Position numbers and translations under genes: made by a program. A DNA stretch of 64,000 nucleotides, from positions 2,242 to 66,241 of the IMG/VR virus record IMGVR_UViG_2551306471_000001. One strand, given 5' to 3'. Source of the DNA: a virus. Shown here one piece after another: positions 1 through 9,714 of the stretch (positions are counted from its first letter, which is position 1; each line of letters begins with the position of its first letter). The notes under the pieces are model-generated. The model was not told where the DNA came from, did no database searches, and saw only the letters and a list, made by a program, of their open reading frames with translations.

Positions 1-784
1 GCGTGAACCAGAAATGGTCGTCCGAGCGATGCCGAAAGCTCATCAGGACCATGGCCTTCGTCGGCGAGAGCATCCGGGCTGCTCCGCTGGCCCTGCACCC
101 GTCGGGCGCGCGTACGACCGACAGGGCCACCCCGACGCTGCCGAGCATGGCCCTGAGCCTCGGGAGGAAACGGGCGGGCTGGCTGATGCTCGTGAGGGTC
201 CGGATCTCGGGAACGAGCGTGCGCAGCGCGTCGGGATCCCAGCACCCCGTTTGGATCAACGACGCCTCAAGCTCGCCAAGCCGCAGCCATGTGGTCGTGG
301 CGCCTTCGCTGGACGAGAAGGAGTTTGACGTCCTGAAGCGCGTCTCGCTGGTCGAGGCGTAACGCCGTGCCCAAGCGTCTGGCCCGTTCACGTTGAAGAA
401 CGCCAGTCGTTGCCGCACGGCGGAGCGCTTCTCGCCCTCGGTCATTCTCGCCCGCCCGGTCGAGCCCGGGATCGGCACGCGCTCCAGCCACTCGACAAAG
501 TGGCCTGACACGACGGCGCTGACGACCCGCTCCAACGCTTCCTCGTACCCGGATTGACGCCTGAGCCAGAAGCCCGGGGTGCCCCCGAGGACCGAGGCCA
601 ACTTGTCCGCGAGCTTGCCGTCGATCCGGACGCTGCCCGAGACCAGCCCACGCAGCGTCTCGATGCCGCCGTCCAGCGAAGCGGACACGTCCACAGCGCT
701 CAGATTGCGTCGCTCCATGAGCGAGAGCACCGAGTCGCCCGGCTTGGAGAACCAGTCGCGTTGGAGGGACTGCTCGTGGATCAT
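1..784 (-). CDS. higA: HigA-type HTH antitoxin fused to ImmA/IrrE metallopeptidase (3' end runs off window)
   Basis: Read by hand, not in ORF track: ATG at 784, MIHEQSLQRDWFSKPGDSVLSLMERRNLSAVD...LGGTPGFWLRRQ (HigA HTH); window ends in SFRHRSDDHFWFT, the motif that precedes HEXXH in HigA-ImmA fusions. ATGA overlap with upstream gene. Confidence 0.85.
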   Translation of the reverse strand, partial: MIHEQSLQRDWFSKPGDSVLSLMERRNLSAVDVSASLDGGIETLRGLVSGSVRIDGKLADKLASVLGGTPGFWLRRQSGYEEALERVVSAVVSGHFVEWLERVPIPGSTGRARMTEGEKRSAVRQRLAFFNVNGPDAWARRYASTSETRFRTSNSFSSSEGATTTWLRLGELEASLIQTGCWDPDALRTLVPEIRTLTSISQPARFLPRLRAMLGSVGVALSVVRAPDGCRASGAARMLSPTKAMVLMSFRHRSDDHFWFT

Positions 785-1104
785 GGACAACTGACAAGCT
801 CGACCAGCTTAAGATACCGGACCGTGGACCAGTTCGGCACGCCGTCGGCGGAGCGCTCGAATCTGACCCCGGCAGGCACGAGTGTCGCACGGAAGTAGGA
901 GCCGATCTCCACCTCGATAGACTTGTCACCCGAGATTTTAACGCCCGGCCAGAAACCTACCATCTCTTCCGCCGTCTCGAACGCTTCGAGGTCGGCTATC
1001 GTTGCGACGAGCGCTTGGGCAGCGGGGGCACCGAATGTCGCCTCGCCCTCATCGATCTTACAGCAGAGAACCTGCTGTTCCCTCGTTTGGTAGGAGATGA
1101 TCAC
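781..1104 (-). CDS. HigB/killer-like toxin partner
   Basis: About 107 aa from GTG at 1104 (VIISYQTREQQVLCC...VRYLKLVELVSCP); directly upstream of and coupled to the HigA-ImmA gene. Confidence 0.55.
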   Translation of the reverse strand: MIISYQTREQQVLCCKIDEGEATFGAPAAQALVATIADLEAFETAEEMVGFWPGVKISGDKSIEVEIGSYFRATLVPAGVRFERSADGVPNWSTVRYLKLVELVSCP

Positions 1105-1492
1105 GGTGATCCGCCGCCCGAGCCCGGCAGCACGCCGCGCCGCCCGGGAAAAGGTTTGGTTACGGGCCAGGCCAACGCAAGGGGCATGACGCAAACCCGG
1201 TCACGGATGGGCGCGGCGCGCGAACGCCGGCCTATCACGCGTCCGCTTTCAATGCTTGGACGCCGACAGCTGCCGGTCCGCTTTCGGCCACTATCGAGCG
1301 CTCGTGCCCCTTATCAGACTGCCCGAAAGCGGACGTGGCGAGGGCCTGCTTTGGGTCAGGAGTTCGCTTCAGGCTTGTTCGGGCGGATGCGCCACTTCCG
1401 TGCTTCGGTCCGCGCCGCCGGAGGGGCCGCTATTCCGCTGGCAGATGCCAATGGTGGAAGTGCGGTGAACACCGCCGCACGCGGTGTGCGCC

Positions 1493-1585
1493 TCGGACAA
1501 CGGACCAGAGTTCGTCGCCAAGTCGGTTCAGGCCTGGATCACCGGCGTCGGCGCCCAAACAGCCTACATCGCTCCCGGCTCGCCC
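1493..1585 (+). pseudogene. IS3-family transposase fragment (rve domain)
   Basis: Translates SDNGPEFVAKSVQAWITGVGAQTAYIAPGSP, the typical IS3 DDE-core segment; no flanking transposase sequence. Confidence 0.85.
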
Positions 1586-1695
1586 CGATGATCCGCGACA
1601 CGAAGGTGCTGCGGGACCTGTTCGGGGACGCGAAATCTCGGGACGCCGGCTCGACGCTGACGCACAAGCAGTTTCCCGGGGGTGCTATCACTGTC
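1585..1695 (+). pseudogene. gpA-type terminase large subunit fragment
   Basis: PMIRDTKVLRDLFGDAKSRDAGSTLTHKQFPGGAIT resembles the gpA ATPase segment (PM..DTP.L...SRD..NT...K.F.GG); stops soon after. Confidence 0.6.
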
Positions 1696-1726
1696 TCGGA
1701 AATATAGCATCTAACATCAAAGACTT

Positions 1727-1749
1727 AGCCGCCTCTGGGCGGCTTTTTC
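1727..1749 (+). terminator. Intrinsic terminator-like hairpin
   Basis: AGCCGCC-TCTG-GGCGGCT followed by TTTTC. Confidence 0.6.
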
Positions 1750-1835
1750 TATGGGTGAAGCTCGCGCCCGATCGAGTCCAATGAAATCAACAGCTTACGG
1801 TCATTCCCCGCGGTTTCCGGGCACTTCCGTTACGC

Positions 1836-2072
1836 ATGACTTTACGCACGAGGAGAGCAATGACCGACCGCCCCCCGAGCCCCGATGATGTCCTCTATGG
1901 TATGCCTGCAATCGCCGCCGCGTTTGGTTGGCGACAGCGGCAGGCCGAGCACCTGAAGGAGTCGCACGGCCTTCCGACCTTCAAGGTCGGAAAGACCGTC
2001 TGCGCCCGCCGCGGCGCCGTCGCTGCTTGGCTCGCCGATCGCGAGGCCGCAGGGCGGGAGCAGAAGCCGTGA
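1836..2072 (+). CDS. AlpA/excisionase-like small HTH DNA-binding protein
   Basis: 78 aa, DVLYGMPAIAAAFGWRQRQAEHL...LPTFKVGKTVCARRGAVAAWL: MerR/Xis-type wHTH pattern. Confidence 0.75.
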   Translation: MTLRTRRAMTDRPPSPDDVLYGMPAIAAAFGWRQRQAEHLKESHGLPTFKVGKTVCARRGAVAAWLADREAAGREQKP

Positions 2073-2383
2073 GTCGCCCGCGAGAGCTTAGCGAGGCGCG
2101 CATCACTCGGATCGACCTCAACCTTGAGCCGGGCGCGATCTCGGCCGGCGTCATAGCCCGCTTCGATTTCGTCTGCGGCCCAACCCTGGTGCGCGGCGCC
2201 CGCCTTCAGCGGCACGGCATCAGCAAGGAGCTGACCGTGTTCCTGCCGAAGACACGCTTCAAGGACGAGACGATCCGCTTCACCTGCGATGCTGCCCGAG
2301 TCCGCCTTGCTGAGGCGGCCGAGGCAGCGGTGGCCGCTGCGAGCGCGAGAGCGGCGGGATGGAGGGGCGACGCCGATGGCTGA
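2069..2383 (+). CDS. Hypothetical protein
   Basis: GTG overlaps previous TGA; coherent beta-rich sequence. Confidence 0.6.
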   Translation: MSRPRELSEARITRIDLNLEPGAISAGVIARFDFVCGPTLVRGARLQRHGISKELTVFLPKTRFKDETIRFTCDAARVRLAEAAEAAVAAASARAAGWRGDADG

Positions 2384-2696
2384 CCTCTCCGCCGCGGTAG
2401 CGCAGATGCTCATCAACGGCGAGGGCATCCGCCAGGAAGACAGCCCCGACGTGTGGGTCGACGCCATCCTCGACCGATGGCCCGAGATCTCGGTCGACGA
2501 GTTGGAGCGCGGCTTCCGCATCGAGATCGAGCTTCAGCGCGCAGACGACAGCCGAAGGTGCGGACCGATCAGGGCGCCTAGAAAGCCTCGCTCACGAGCC
2601 GTGGAACACCGGGCCGAAAAGGCGAGGCACAGCCGGCTACGAGATACAGCGCAACCGGCGCCCCAGACGATTCAACCCGCTCGGATCGTGCTTTAG
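2376..2696 (+). CDS. Hypothetical protein
   Basis: ATG at 2376 overlapping previous stop (MADLSAAVAQMLING...). Confidence 0.55.
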   Translation: MADLSAAVAQMLINGEGIRQEDSPDVWVDAILDRWPEISVDELERGFRIEIELQRADDSRRCGPIRAPRKPRSRAVEHRAEKARHSRLRDTAQPAPQTIQPARIVL

Positions 2697-3360
2697 GCAC
2701 ATTCTGCCATATCACTACTTACTACAGAATCGCTATTATCAGCTTTAACCTGCATAATAGAGTTAGCGAGGGCCTCAGAAAGCTGGGCCGATGTCGCATG
2801 GCTAAGCCATTTCCAGGCCGCCCGCGCTGCCGTCTCAAGACGATCAGCGAGATCTGAGGGGGCCCGAGTGGCGCGTATGTCCTCGATCAAGGCGTCAACC
2901 TTGCCGCGAATATAGTCAGAACTTATTGAAGTGCCATGCGGATCTGCAAGGCTTGATAGCTCGAATTCGAGAAGAAACCCCTTCATCCCAATGCTTTTGA
3001 ATAATATTTGCAGTTCATTTCTGGTAGTATGACGAAGTGACTTGTACATACAATGCGCGCTAACGGATAGAAGCACGCACCTCAAGTTGGCAAATGGGTT
3101 GAGATTTCCGAGATGTTCGTACATGTGGCGCTGGACCTCCGATAGATCGTTGATGGGTTTTGTCCTAAATAATATTTAGATCCATAAACAGGCGTGGCAT
3201 AGTCCACGGAAATGGCCAAACAAAATCAGCAAGCGCGCCGGCTAAAAATTTTTCGGCACTGGGTTTGAGCATCAAGCTCTGTATATTCTTATGATACTTT
3301 CGAAAGTCAGCATCAGCGACGGATTGTCATCGAGGTTCCGCTCTGGATTGCGTAGGACAG
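2693..3360 (-). pseudogene. AT-rich cargo gene, apparently frameshifted; intact 3' ORF 2693-3175
   Basis: Visibly lower GC than flanks; open segments continue upstream in two other frames. Confidence 0.4.
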
Positions 3361-3646
3361 ACCTGAAAATTCACGCATGATTAGACACCGGCGGCCGAAC
3401 GGAGATGCGCTTGCTCACAAGGGATGAGTATCAAACTCACCTAAATTGATAGCTTCAACCGCATTGAGAATGCTGTGCCCTGAGGTCATCGGTTGCTAAC
3501 CTACAGCGCCATCACAGAGGCTATCGCCGTCGTGGACGATCTGGGCGAAGCGATAGACCGCTTCCTCTAACAGGTTGTTGAAGTCGTGGATGTTGACTGC
3601 AGGACGTCGGCGGCGTGGCCACGACCATCGTGATGAAAAGGTGGCC

Positions 3647-3799
3647 TCAGAACGTGAGGCCCCAGGCTCCCGTCACCAGGGCCGCGGCGAACAGGGGAGC
3701 CCCGTACCCATCGGCGACGAACGCGATGGTGGCGATGGCGCCGGTGGTGACGTGACACGCCGGTGCCGTGCCGACGGTGAGACGCAAGAGGGCGTGCAT
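3647..3799 (-). CDS. Small hydrophobic protein
   Basis: MHALLRLTVG...LFAAALVTGAWGLTF; coupled to upstream ORF. Confidence 0.4.
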   Translation of the reverse strand: MHALLRLTVGTAPACHVTTGAIATIAFVADGYGAPLFAAALVTGAWGLTF

Positions 3800-4020
3800 C
3801 ACGCCTCCTGCGGGGTGTCTAGCTGCGAGACGATCTCGACGAGCTCGACGTGGGGGATGACGAGCCGGGCCGTGGCTAGCGCCTTGAGCAGGCCCAGGCG
3901 GGCGGCGGCGGTACGGACCTCGTCGGCCGCGGCGGCGCGCTTGCCGGCATACTCTGCCAGGTGGCGGCGGACGCCTTTCAGGGCGCGCGAGATCTCCTGC
4001 CTGCAGATCGGCGCCGGCAC
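3799..4020 (-). CDS. Hypothetical protein
   Basis: ORF track, 73 aa; stop overlaps next start. Confidence 0.5.
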   Translation of the reverse strand: MPAPICRQEISRALKGVRRHLAEYAGKRAAAADEVRTAAARLGLLKALATARLVIPHVELVEIVSQLDTPQEA

Positions 4021-4082
4021 GGTGACGGCCGACGAGCTGCGCGAGGCGGATTGGATGGCCCGAGGATAAGCAGGAGGGGCGC

Positions 4083-4394
4083 ATGCCCGGTTCGAACGGC
4101 GCCGCTCGCCGCCCGCTCCTGCCGATGCACTCCGCCGGCCCCTACAGCACCTACCGCCTGTTCGAGTGGTGCATGGCGACGATGATGGTGCTGAACGCCT
4201 TCACGGTCGCCATACCGGGGGACACGATGAAGCGCAACGCACTGAGGCCGATCGCCGAGATGGGCTTCAGCGAGGCCAACACGGCGCTGATCTTCGGATG
4301 CGCCAGTAGCGCGCGCGTCATGGCGCTGTTCCTCAACGGCTACATCAACAGCCATGGGCCCCTGCGAACCTGTGGGGTGCGAACCCCGATTTGA
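4083..4394 (+). pseudogene. Truncated paralogue of prophage membrane protein 52173-52616
   Basis: RLFEWCMATMMVLNAFTVAIPGDT...ARVMALFLNG matches REAEWLSAAILMAFALALLSPGST...VRMIGLWVNG; ends early. Confidence 0.55.
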
Positions 4395-4728
4395 ATTCTG
4401 GCGCCGCGCGGGACCTTTGCCGCCGGGACTTGAAGTTCTCGCCCCTCCCGGTAGGACCCGTGACCCCCACCCCCCTTCCGGGCCTGTTGGACCCCGGGGA
4501 GGGCAGGACGGGGACCGGGGCTGCCCAGCCCCCGAGGGGATCAAGCCTCATGCGTCGCCGCACCCGGCCAACCTCGCGGCCCCCCGTGCAACCGACAATC
4601 CGGATCCCGAACCTTGCCTCACGGCCTCACACGACAAGGCCCCTGGAGGGGGCTGGGCGGGCCTCGATGGGGACGGGGTGAGAGGGGCCGGGACGGGGGA
4701 CGGGCCTGCCTGGCGGGCTCCCAGGGTC

Positions 4729-5061
4729 TCAGACGGCAGGCGGTGCCAACCGGTTGGAGAGGGCCTGGTGCACGGCCTCGCGCTGCAGCGGGACGCCCCT
4801 GTTCGTGCGCCCGCGCAGGTGCCCCAGGGCGCGCCTGAGGATGTCGTCGAGCCGCACGGAGGGGCGGAGCGCGCCATGCCCCGACGTGCCCTGCAGGGCA
4901 TCCCGGAGGGCGTCGACGAGGGCGGCGTCGAGAGCCCGCGGATCGGGCGCGCCTGCCTCCCTGCGGGCGGCTCGCTCGGCGCGCTTGCGGTCGCGGTCGG
5001 CCTCGCGCCGGGCACGGGCGGAAACGGTGGGGGGATGGGGCATGGCAGGGGAGAGCATCAT
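4729..5061 (-). CDS. Hypothetical protein, paralogue of 22373-22783
   Basis: Shared RKRAERAARREAGAPDPRALDAALV / RKREERARRREAGIPDPRTVDAAII. Confidence 0.7.
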   Translation of the reverse strand: MMLSPAMPHPPTVSARARREADRDRKRAERAARREAGAPDPRALDAALVDALRDALQGTSGHGALRPSVRLDDILRRALGHLRGRTNRGVPLQREAVHQALSNRLAPPAV

Positions 5062-5207
5062 GGCCCCCGGATCTTGCCTACGGCCTTGGCAAGGCACCAT
5101 GCCCCCCTGAAACGACAACGCCCGCCGCGGGGTCACCGGGCGGGCGAAGGTCTGGTCGACAGTGTGGTGCAAAGTAGACCCGAGCAGAGATCTCTCGATC
5201 CCAGGAC

Positions 5208-7229
5208 TCAATGTAGACGGGCCTCGGGCGAGGAACAAGGCAGGTAGCGGTAGGGGTCTATACCGACCTTGGCGAGGCGGGCGAGTGCCTTGGGCCGGTT
5301 CAGGGGCTTGAGGCCGCCGGGGAAGAGCTTGCGCCCCTCTCCGACCTCCTCGTTGAACATGTACTGGGCGTACTCAATGTCCTCCCACTCGCAGCCCATG
5401 GGGCCGAAGGAGGCGCCGTTGCGGTTCGAGGCGCGGCACGACCTGGCATGTTCGTACAGGGCGAGAAGGCGCGACAGGGGGCCGTGCATCAGCCAGGTCG
5501 GGGTCTGGGGCTGTGACGCGGCCTGGGCCTTGCGGCGTCTGGGGCGGGCCTCAGGGGCCTTGGCGGCGGGGGCGGACGGTGCGAGGGTCTCGGGCGGGGC
5601 GGGGTGGGCAGGGCTGGCGTAGCCACCCTTTAGATTACGTGCCGTTTCTGAGACACCCTCCGAGACGGTCTCCTCCGACGGGACGGGCTCGCCCACCGCC
5701 TCGGCCGGGTGGGCATCGAGGGCGCGGTAGACCGTCGCGCGCGAGCAGTCGAGCAGGCGGGCGACCTCGGTCAGGGGCAGGTCCGTCGCCCCTTGGATCT
5801 CGCGGGCCAGCCTGGCGACCTCGGCGAGGGTCTGGGCGTGTTCGGCGCGGGCCGTGGCCCCCTCGCGCTGGCGCCGGGCCGCGGACCGCTCGGTGGCCGT
5901 GCGGACGGGCGCGTCGGGGCGGAGCAGGGTCAGGCCGAGTTCGTCGCACAGGTCGGAGGGCAGGTTCAGGTCGGACCGGACCTTGTCCAGCTTCGGGGTG
6001 TAGAGCGGGCTGTAGGCCCTGCCCTGGTGCATCCGCACCTCGCCGGCCTCGTGGGCACGCAGGCGCTTGGCGACCGACCCGAGGTAGGACCGGAGGGTCT
6101 CCTGCGTGAGGCCGTTGCCGACGACGTAGGGGCCGAACTCCATCGCCCAGGAATCTGCGTCGCCCCCAACGCCGGTCCGCGCCCGGGCGACGGCGACGTG
6201 GAAGCAGAGCAGGTCGCGCTTCTCCAGCCGGGCGAGACGCTCGGGACCGATGGCCAGGACGCGGAGGAGCTCGGCCTCGACGGCGCCCCACAGCCCGCGG
6301 GAATGCGTGCGCAGGCGCGACGGCGCGACCGGCTTGCCCTCGGCCCGGGCCTGCGCCTCGCGGGCGGCCCGGCGCGCGTCGCGCTCCTCGCGGTACAGCG
6401 TGGTCTCGGCGCGGGTGAACGGGAACACAGCGTCCGCGAGCGTGTCGAGGTCGTGGCGCTGCACGTCCTCCCAGCTCTCGGGCCACAGGAGGCGGACGCG
6501 CTCGCCGCTCTTCTCGTTCGTGCTGCCGGCGACGCGGTGGACGCGGGCCATGTCGCCGACGGACCAGTCGAGGTCCATGCCGGCCCAGATGGCGGCGTTG
6601 GCGGCGGCCTTGGCCTTCACGCGCTCGATGTTGGCAGCGCCGGTCTGGACGGCCTCGCCCCACAGGCAGCAGATGAGGCGGCGCACGCGGGCCTGGACGC
6701 GGGCCTTGAGGGGGCGGCGGGACAGCCACACGCACCACAGGCCGCGGCCCGAGAACAGGATGTAGGAGGGCCGCGGGATCCCGGCGGCATCCATGCGGGC
6801 GAGCAGGATGCCGGCGATCTCATGGGGCGGCATCCCGTGGAAGGGCGAGCCCGAGGAGATCTCGCAGTCCGCCCACATCAAGGCATTCACGCGCGCGAGG
6901 GCGTGGGCGCCGCGGCTCTCGTAGTGGCGCTGGAGAGAGATGTGGGAGGCGGCGTGCGCGGCCGGGTCCTTGACGAGCTCGCGCGTGCGGAGATGAACGC
7001 CCTCGGCGAACTTGCTGTCGACGATGACCGTGGCGTTGCCGCGGGCGTGGGGGGCGTGGAGGGTGCGGAGGTGGGCGAGCTTGGCCTGGAGGGCGGTGCG
7101 CTCCTCCTGCTCGCACAGCAGCGTCTCGACGTCGGGCCGGTCCATGAGGACGGACGGGGCCGGCGGGACGGCGTAGGGCTGGCGAGGGGGGAGTGGCATC
7201 GGGCTCTGCTGGGCGTCGCAGGGCACCAC
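5208..7229 (-). CDS. Replication protein, RepB/AEP-type DNA primase with C-terminal HTH
   Basis: ADCE, YILFSGRGLWCVWL and DMARVHRVAGSTNEKSG motifs; HTH LPLTEVARLLDCSRATVYRAL; paralogue of 48998-51241. Confidence 0.75.
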   Translation of the reverse strand: MVPCDAQQSPMPLPPRQPYAVPPAPSVLMDRPDVETLLCEQEERTALQAKLAHLRTLHAPHARGNATVIVDSKFAEGVHLRTRELVKDPAAHAASHISLQRHYESRGAHALARVNALMWADCEISSGSPFHGMPPHEIAGILLARMDAAGIPRPSYILFSGRGLWCVWLSRRPLKARVQARVRRLICCLWGEAVQTGAANIERVKAKAAANAAIWAGMDLDWSVGDMARVHRVAGSTNEKSGERVRLLWPESWEDVQRHDLDTLADAVFPFTRAETTLYREERDARRAAREAQARAEGKPVAPSRLRTHSRGLWGAVEAELLRVLAIGPERLARLEKRDLLCFHVAVARARTGVGGDADSWAMEFGPYVVGNGLTQETLRSYLGSVAKRLRAHEAGEVRMHQGRAYSPLYTPKLDKVRSDLNLPSDLCDELGLTLLRPDAPVRTATERSAARRQREGATARAEHAQTLAEVARLAREIQGATDLPLTEVARLLDCSRATVYRALDAHPAEAVGEPVPSEETVSEGVSETARNLKGGYASPAHPAPPETLAPSAPAAKAPEARPRRRKAQAASQPQTPTWLMHGPLSRLLALYEHARSCRASNRNGASFGPMGCEWEDIEYAQYMFNEEVGEGRKLFPGGLKPLNRPKALARLAKVGIDPYRYLPCSSPEARLH

Positions 7230-7763
7230 ACCCGCGAACCTGCACAGTGTGGGTCGCGTCGCGTCCTTTCACAAGCGTGGCGGTTCGGTCCCGAGGGTCC
7301 GAGGTTAACGCCCCGAAACCTTCCCGCGCGAGACCCTCAAACACGCCCCGCCAGGCCGCGTGGGTCGCCGCCACGCCATGCCGCGCGCACCGGCCGGTAG
7401 GGGAAGGACCGGCGATGCGATCCTGACCCCCTGACGGGCATCCAGGAGCCTCGAAAAAATCTTGGGCAATCCCTCGCGGCACCGCAGCACGGCCGGCGGT
7501 TGCCGGTTGCATGCGGCACTGAGTGGGGGATCACCCCCATTGAAATCATGTTGTTTTTTGGCGGTGTGTGGCTCTGGCACCGCTGGGCCGCCCACCTCCG
7601 CGTGGAGGAGCGCGAGGCCGAGCGCGCCAGGATCCAGGGTGAGCTCCGCCTCGGCTACCCGCGTCAGTAAAGAGAACCGAACACCAGTTAGCTACGCAGC
7701 GGCCCGGGGATAACTCTCCCGGGCCGCTTGCGTTTGGGCGAGGCCGTCCCAGGCTCATTAACC

Positions 7764-8444
7764 ATGGATCCGAACGCCCAACTCGCCCTCGTCATCGTTG
7801 CCGGCCTCCTCGCCTTCGCAGGGCTTTTCCGCCCCGAGGTCAGGAAGAAACTCGGCGACCTGCGAGCCCTCACGTTCCCGGGAGGCTCCGCTGACCTGAC
7901 CGGCGGCGAGGCGGCCGCCCAGATCGAGGCGCAGCGGCACGCCCCCGAGGCCGAGAAGCTGCCCGTTCCATCACCGGAGCCCGGCGAGAGACTCCCGGAG
8001 CTCCCGCCCCCCAGCCCCGTCTACGGACCGCTGGAGGCCGAGTTGCGCCACCGCATCGAGACCGTCGTGCCCGGCGGTGTGGACGTTCAGATGGCATGGG
8101 CCGTCCGGATCGCGGTGGCGGCGCAGGTCGAGCGCGATCACGAGCAGACTTATAGGTTAATATTCGGGAGTCAGATAACGGCCTTGAAAGAGTTGAACGT
8201 CCGAGGGCCCATAACAGTCGCGCAGGCCAAAGAGATCTATGCCCTCACCGCCGTGCGCAACAATCCTGATATATTCAAGCCTGAGACCTTCGAGGCGTGG
8301 GGCGATTACTTGCTCACGCGTGGGCTTGTGGCCGTTGAACGCCAGCCCGTCGACGATGATACTCGGGCCGCGCTTACACCGTTGGGGAAAGATTTCTTGA
8401 TGTTCCTGACCGGGCGCGGCCTGAGCGAGCACAAGTGGGGATGA
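7764..8444 (+). CDS. Membrane-anchored hypothetical protein (moron-like)
   Basis: N-terminal TM helix (AQLALVIVAGLLAFAGLF), soluble C-terminal domain; standalone orientation. Confidence 0.7.
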   Translation: MDPNAQLALVIVAGLLAFAGLFRPEVRKKLGDLRALTFPGGSADLTGGEAAAQIEAQRHAPEAEKLPVPSPEPGERLPELPPPSPVYGPLEAELRHRIETVVPGGVDVQMAWAVRIAVAAQVERDHEQTYRLIFGSQITALKELNVRGPITVAQAKEIYALTAVRNNPDIFKPETFEAWGDYLLTRGLVAVERQPVDDDTRAALTPLGKDFLMFLTGRGLSEHKWG

Positions 8445-8502
8445 GGTCGGACTAAGCGAGCGCTTAGTTCTGCCGTCCCGCCCCCGGAAACGAAACGATC
8501 GC

Positions 8503-8868
8503 TTAGTCGCCCGTCCCGAGGTCGGCGGTCCCCGAGGCGCATGCCTTCGTGTTGGCGGCGAGCTCGCCGTTCGGGAACAGAACCAGACGGCCGAGGCGCC
8601 CGACGTCGACCATCACCATCCCCATGGACAGCACCGCGACGCCTCGCGCCGTGCGCGCCGACCACCGCCCCGTCCGGGTGTCACGGATCTCGCACCGTAC
8701 CCGCACGCGCCACTCGCCCGGCGCCGCTCGCTTAAAATCCAGCCCCGTCGTCACGTTGAGGGGGCCGCGGCGCTCGACCGTCCCAGCGGACCACAGGGCC
8801 TGATCCATGACGCCGGCGCTTGCCGGAGCGGCCGCCACGAGGGCGACCACGAGACTGATGGCGCGCAT
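8503..8868 (-). CDS. Secreted small protein, paralogue of 57428-57853
   Basis: Signal peptide; WRVRVRC.I.D.RTGR motif; ends DLGTGD. Confidence 0.7.
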   Translation of the reverse strand: MRAISLVVALVAAAPASAGVMDQALWSAGTVERRGPLNVTTGLDFKRAAPGEWRVRVRCEIRDTRTGRWSARTARGVAVLSMGMVMVDVGRLGRLVLFPNGELAANTKACASGTADLGTGD

Positions 8869-8870
8869 GC

Positions 8871-9692
8871 TCAGATCTCCACCACGAGGGCCGGATCCCA
8901 GCCCGGGTTCTCGATCTCCTGCGAGGGCGCCCGGTGGCGGGATCCCGCGCTCTCGGTGACGTAGCCGCGGGGGTTCGCGACGATCCGCGTGCCGCCGACG
9001 ACGTAGTCACGGCACTCGTGGATGTGGCCGTGGATCCAGAGCGCCGGCGCGTGCGATCCCTCCAGGATGGCGCTCAGGTCGGAGGCGTAGGCCGCGTCGA
9101 GAGGCGTCCGCCAGCCGCCGCCGCGCAGGCTCCGCTCGTGCGGGGCGTGGTGCGTGACGACGACGGTCGGACCCGCGTACGGCTCCGCCAGCGCGGTCTC
9201 GATGCGGCGGCGCTGCTCGCGATGCAGGCTCCCGGAGACGCGCGGCAGGAACGCGCTGTAGTCCCGCGGCCCGCGCCGCCACTTGATCCGCCGGACGTCG
9301 CGCATCCCGCCTGCCCGAACCGCCCCCTCAGACGTTGCGCGGGCCCGCTCCTCGGGTCGCAGGTCCCAATCCGTCCAGAGGGTCGCGCCGACGAACCGGA
9401 CCCCAGCGAGCACGACCGTCTCGCCCTCGACGAGCAGGTGGATCCCGGCGGCGGCCGCCAGTTCGCGCGCCTCGGCGACCTCGCGCTGGTACGTGCAGCG
9501 CCAGAAATCGTGGTTGCCGGGCACGTAGACGACGGGCCCCGGGAAACGATCCCGCAGCCACGGCAGGACGCGGTCGCAGAGCTTCTCGGACACGTCCCCG
9601 GCGATGACCGCGACGTCGTGCGGCGGCGGGTCGAGATCGAGTGGGCAGACGTCGAGATGCAGGTCCGAGAGGACCCATAGGCGCGCGGTCAT
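8871..9692 (-). CDS. Calcineurin-like metallophosphoesterase
   Basis: SDLH, AGD, PGNHD, THH and GHIH motifs. Confidence 0.9.
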   Translation of the reverse strand: MTARLWVLSDLHLDVCPLDLDPPPHDVAVIAGDVSEKLCDRVLPWLRDRFPGPVVYVPGNHDFWRCTYQREVAEARELAAAAGIHLLVEGETVVLAGVRFVGATLWTDWDLRPEERARATSEGAVRAGGMRDVRRIKWRRGPRDYSAFLPRVSGSLHREQRRRIETALAEPYAGPTVVVTHHAPHERSLRGGGWRTPLDAAYASDLSAILEGSHAPALWIHGHIHECRDYVVGGTRIVANPRGYVTESAGSRHRAPSQEIENPGWDPALVVEI

Positions 9693-9714
9693 GGCGGGAA
9701 TCCTCCGGCCGGCG

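Noticed and set aside
1452-1470. tRNA/tmRNA 3' end (reverse reads ...CACTTCCACCA) as left att
   Set aside because: No T-arm and no match to the tRNA-Lys core.
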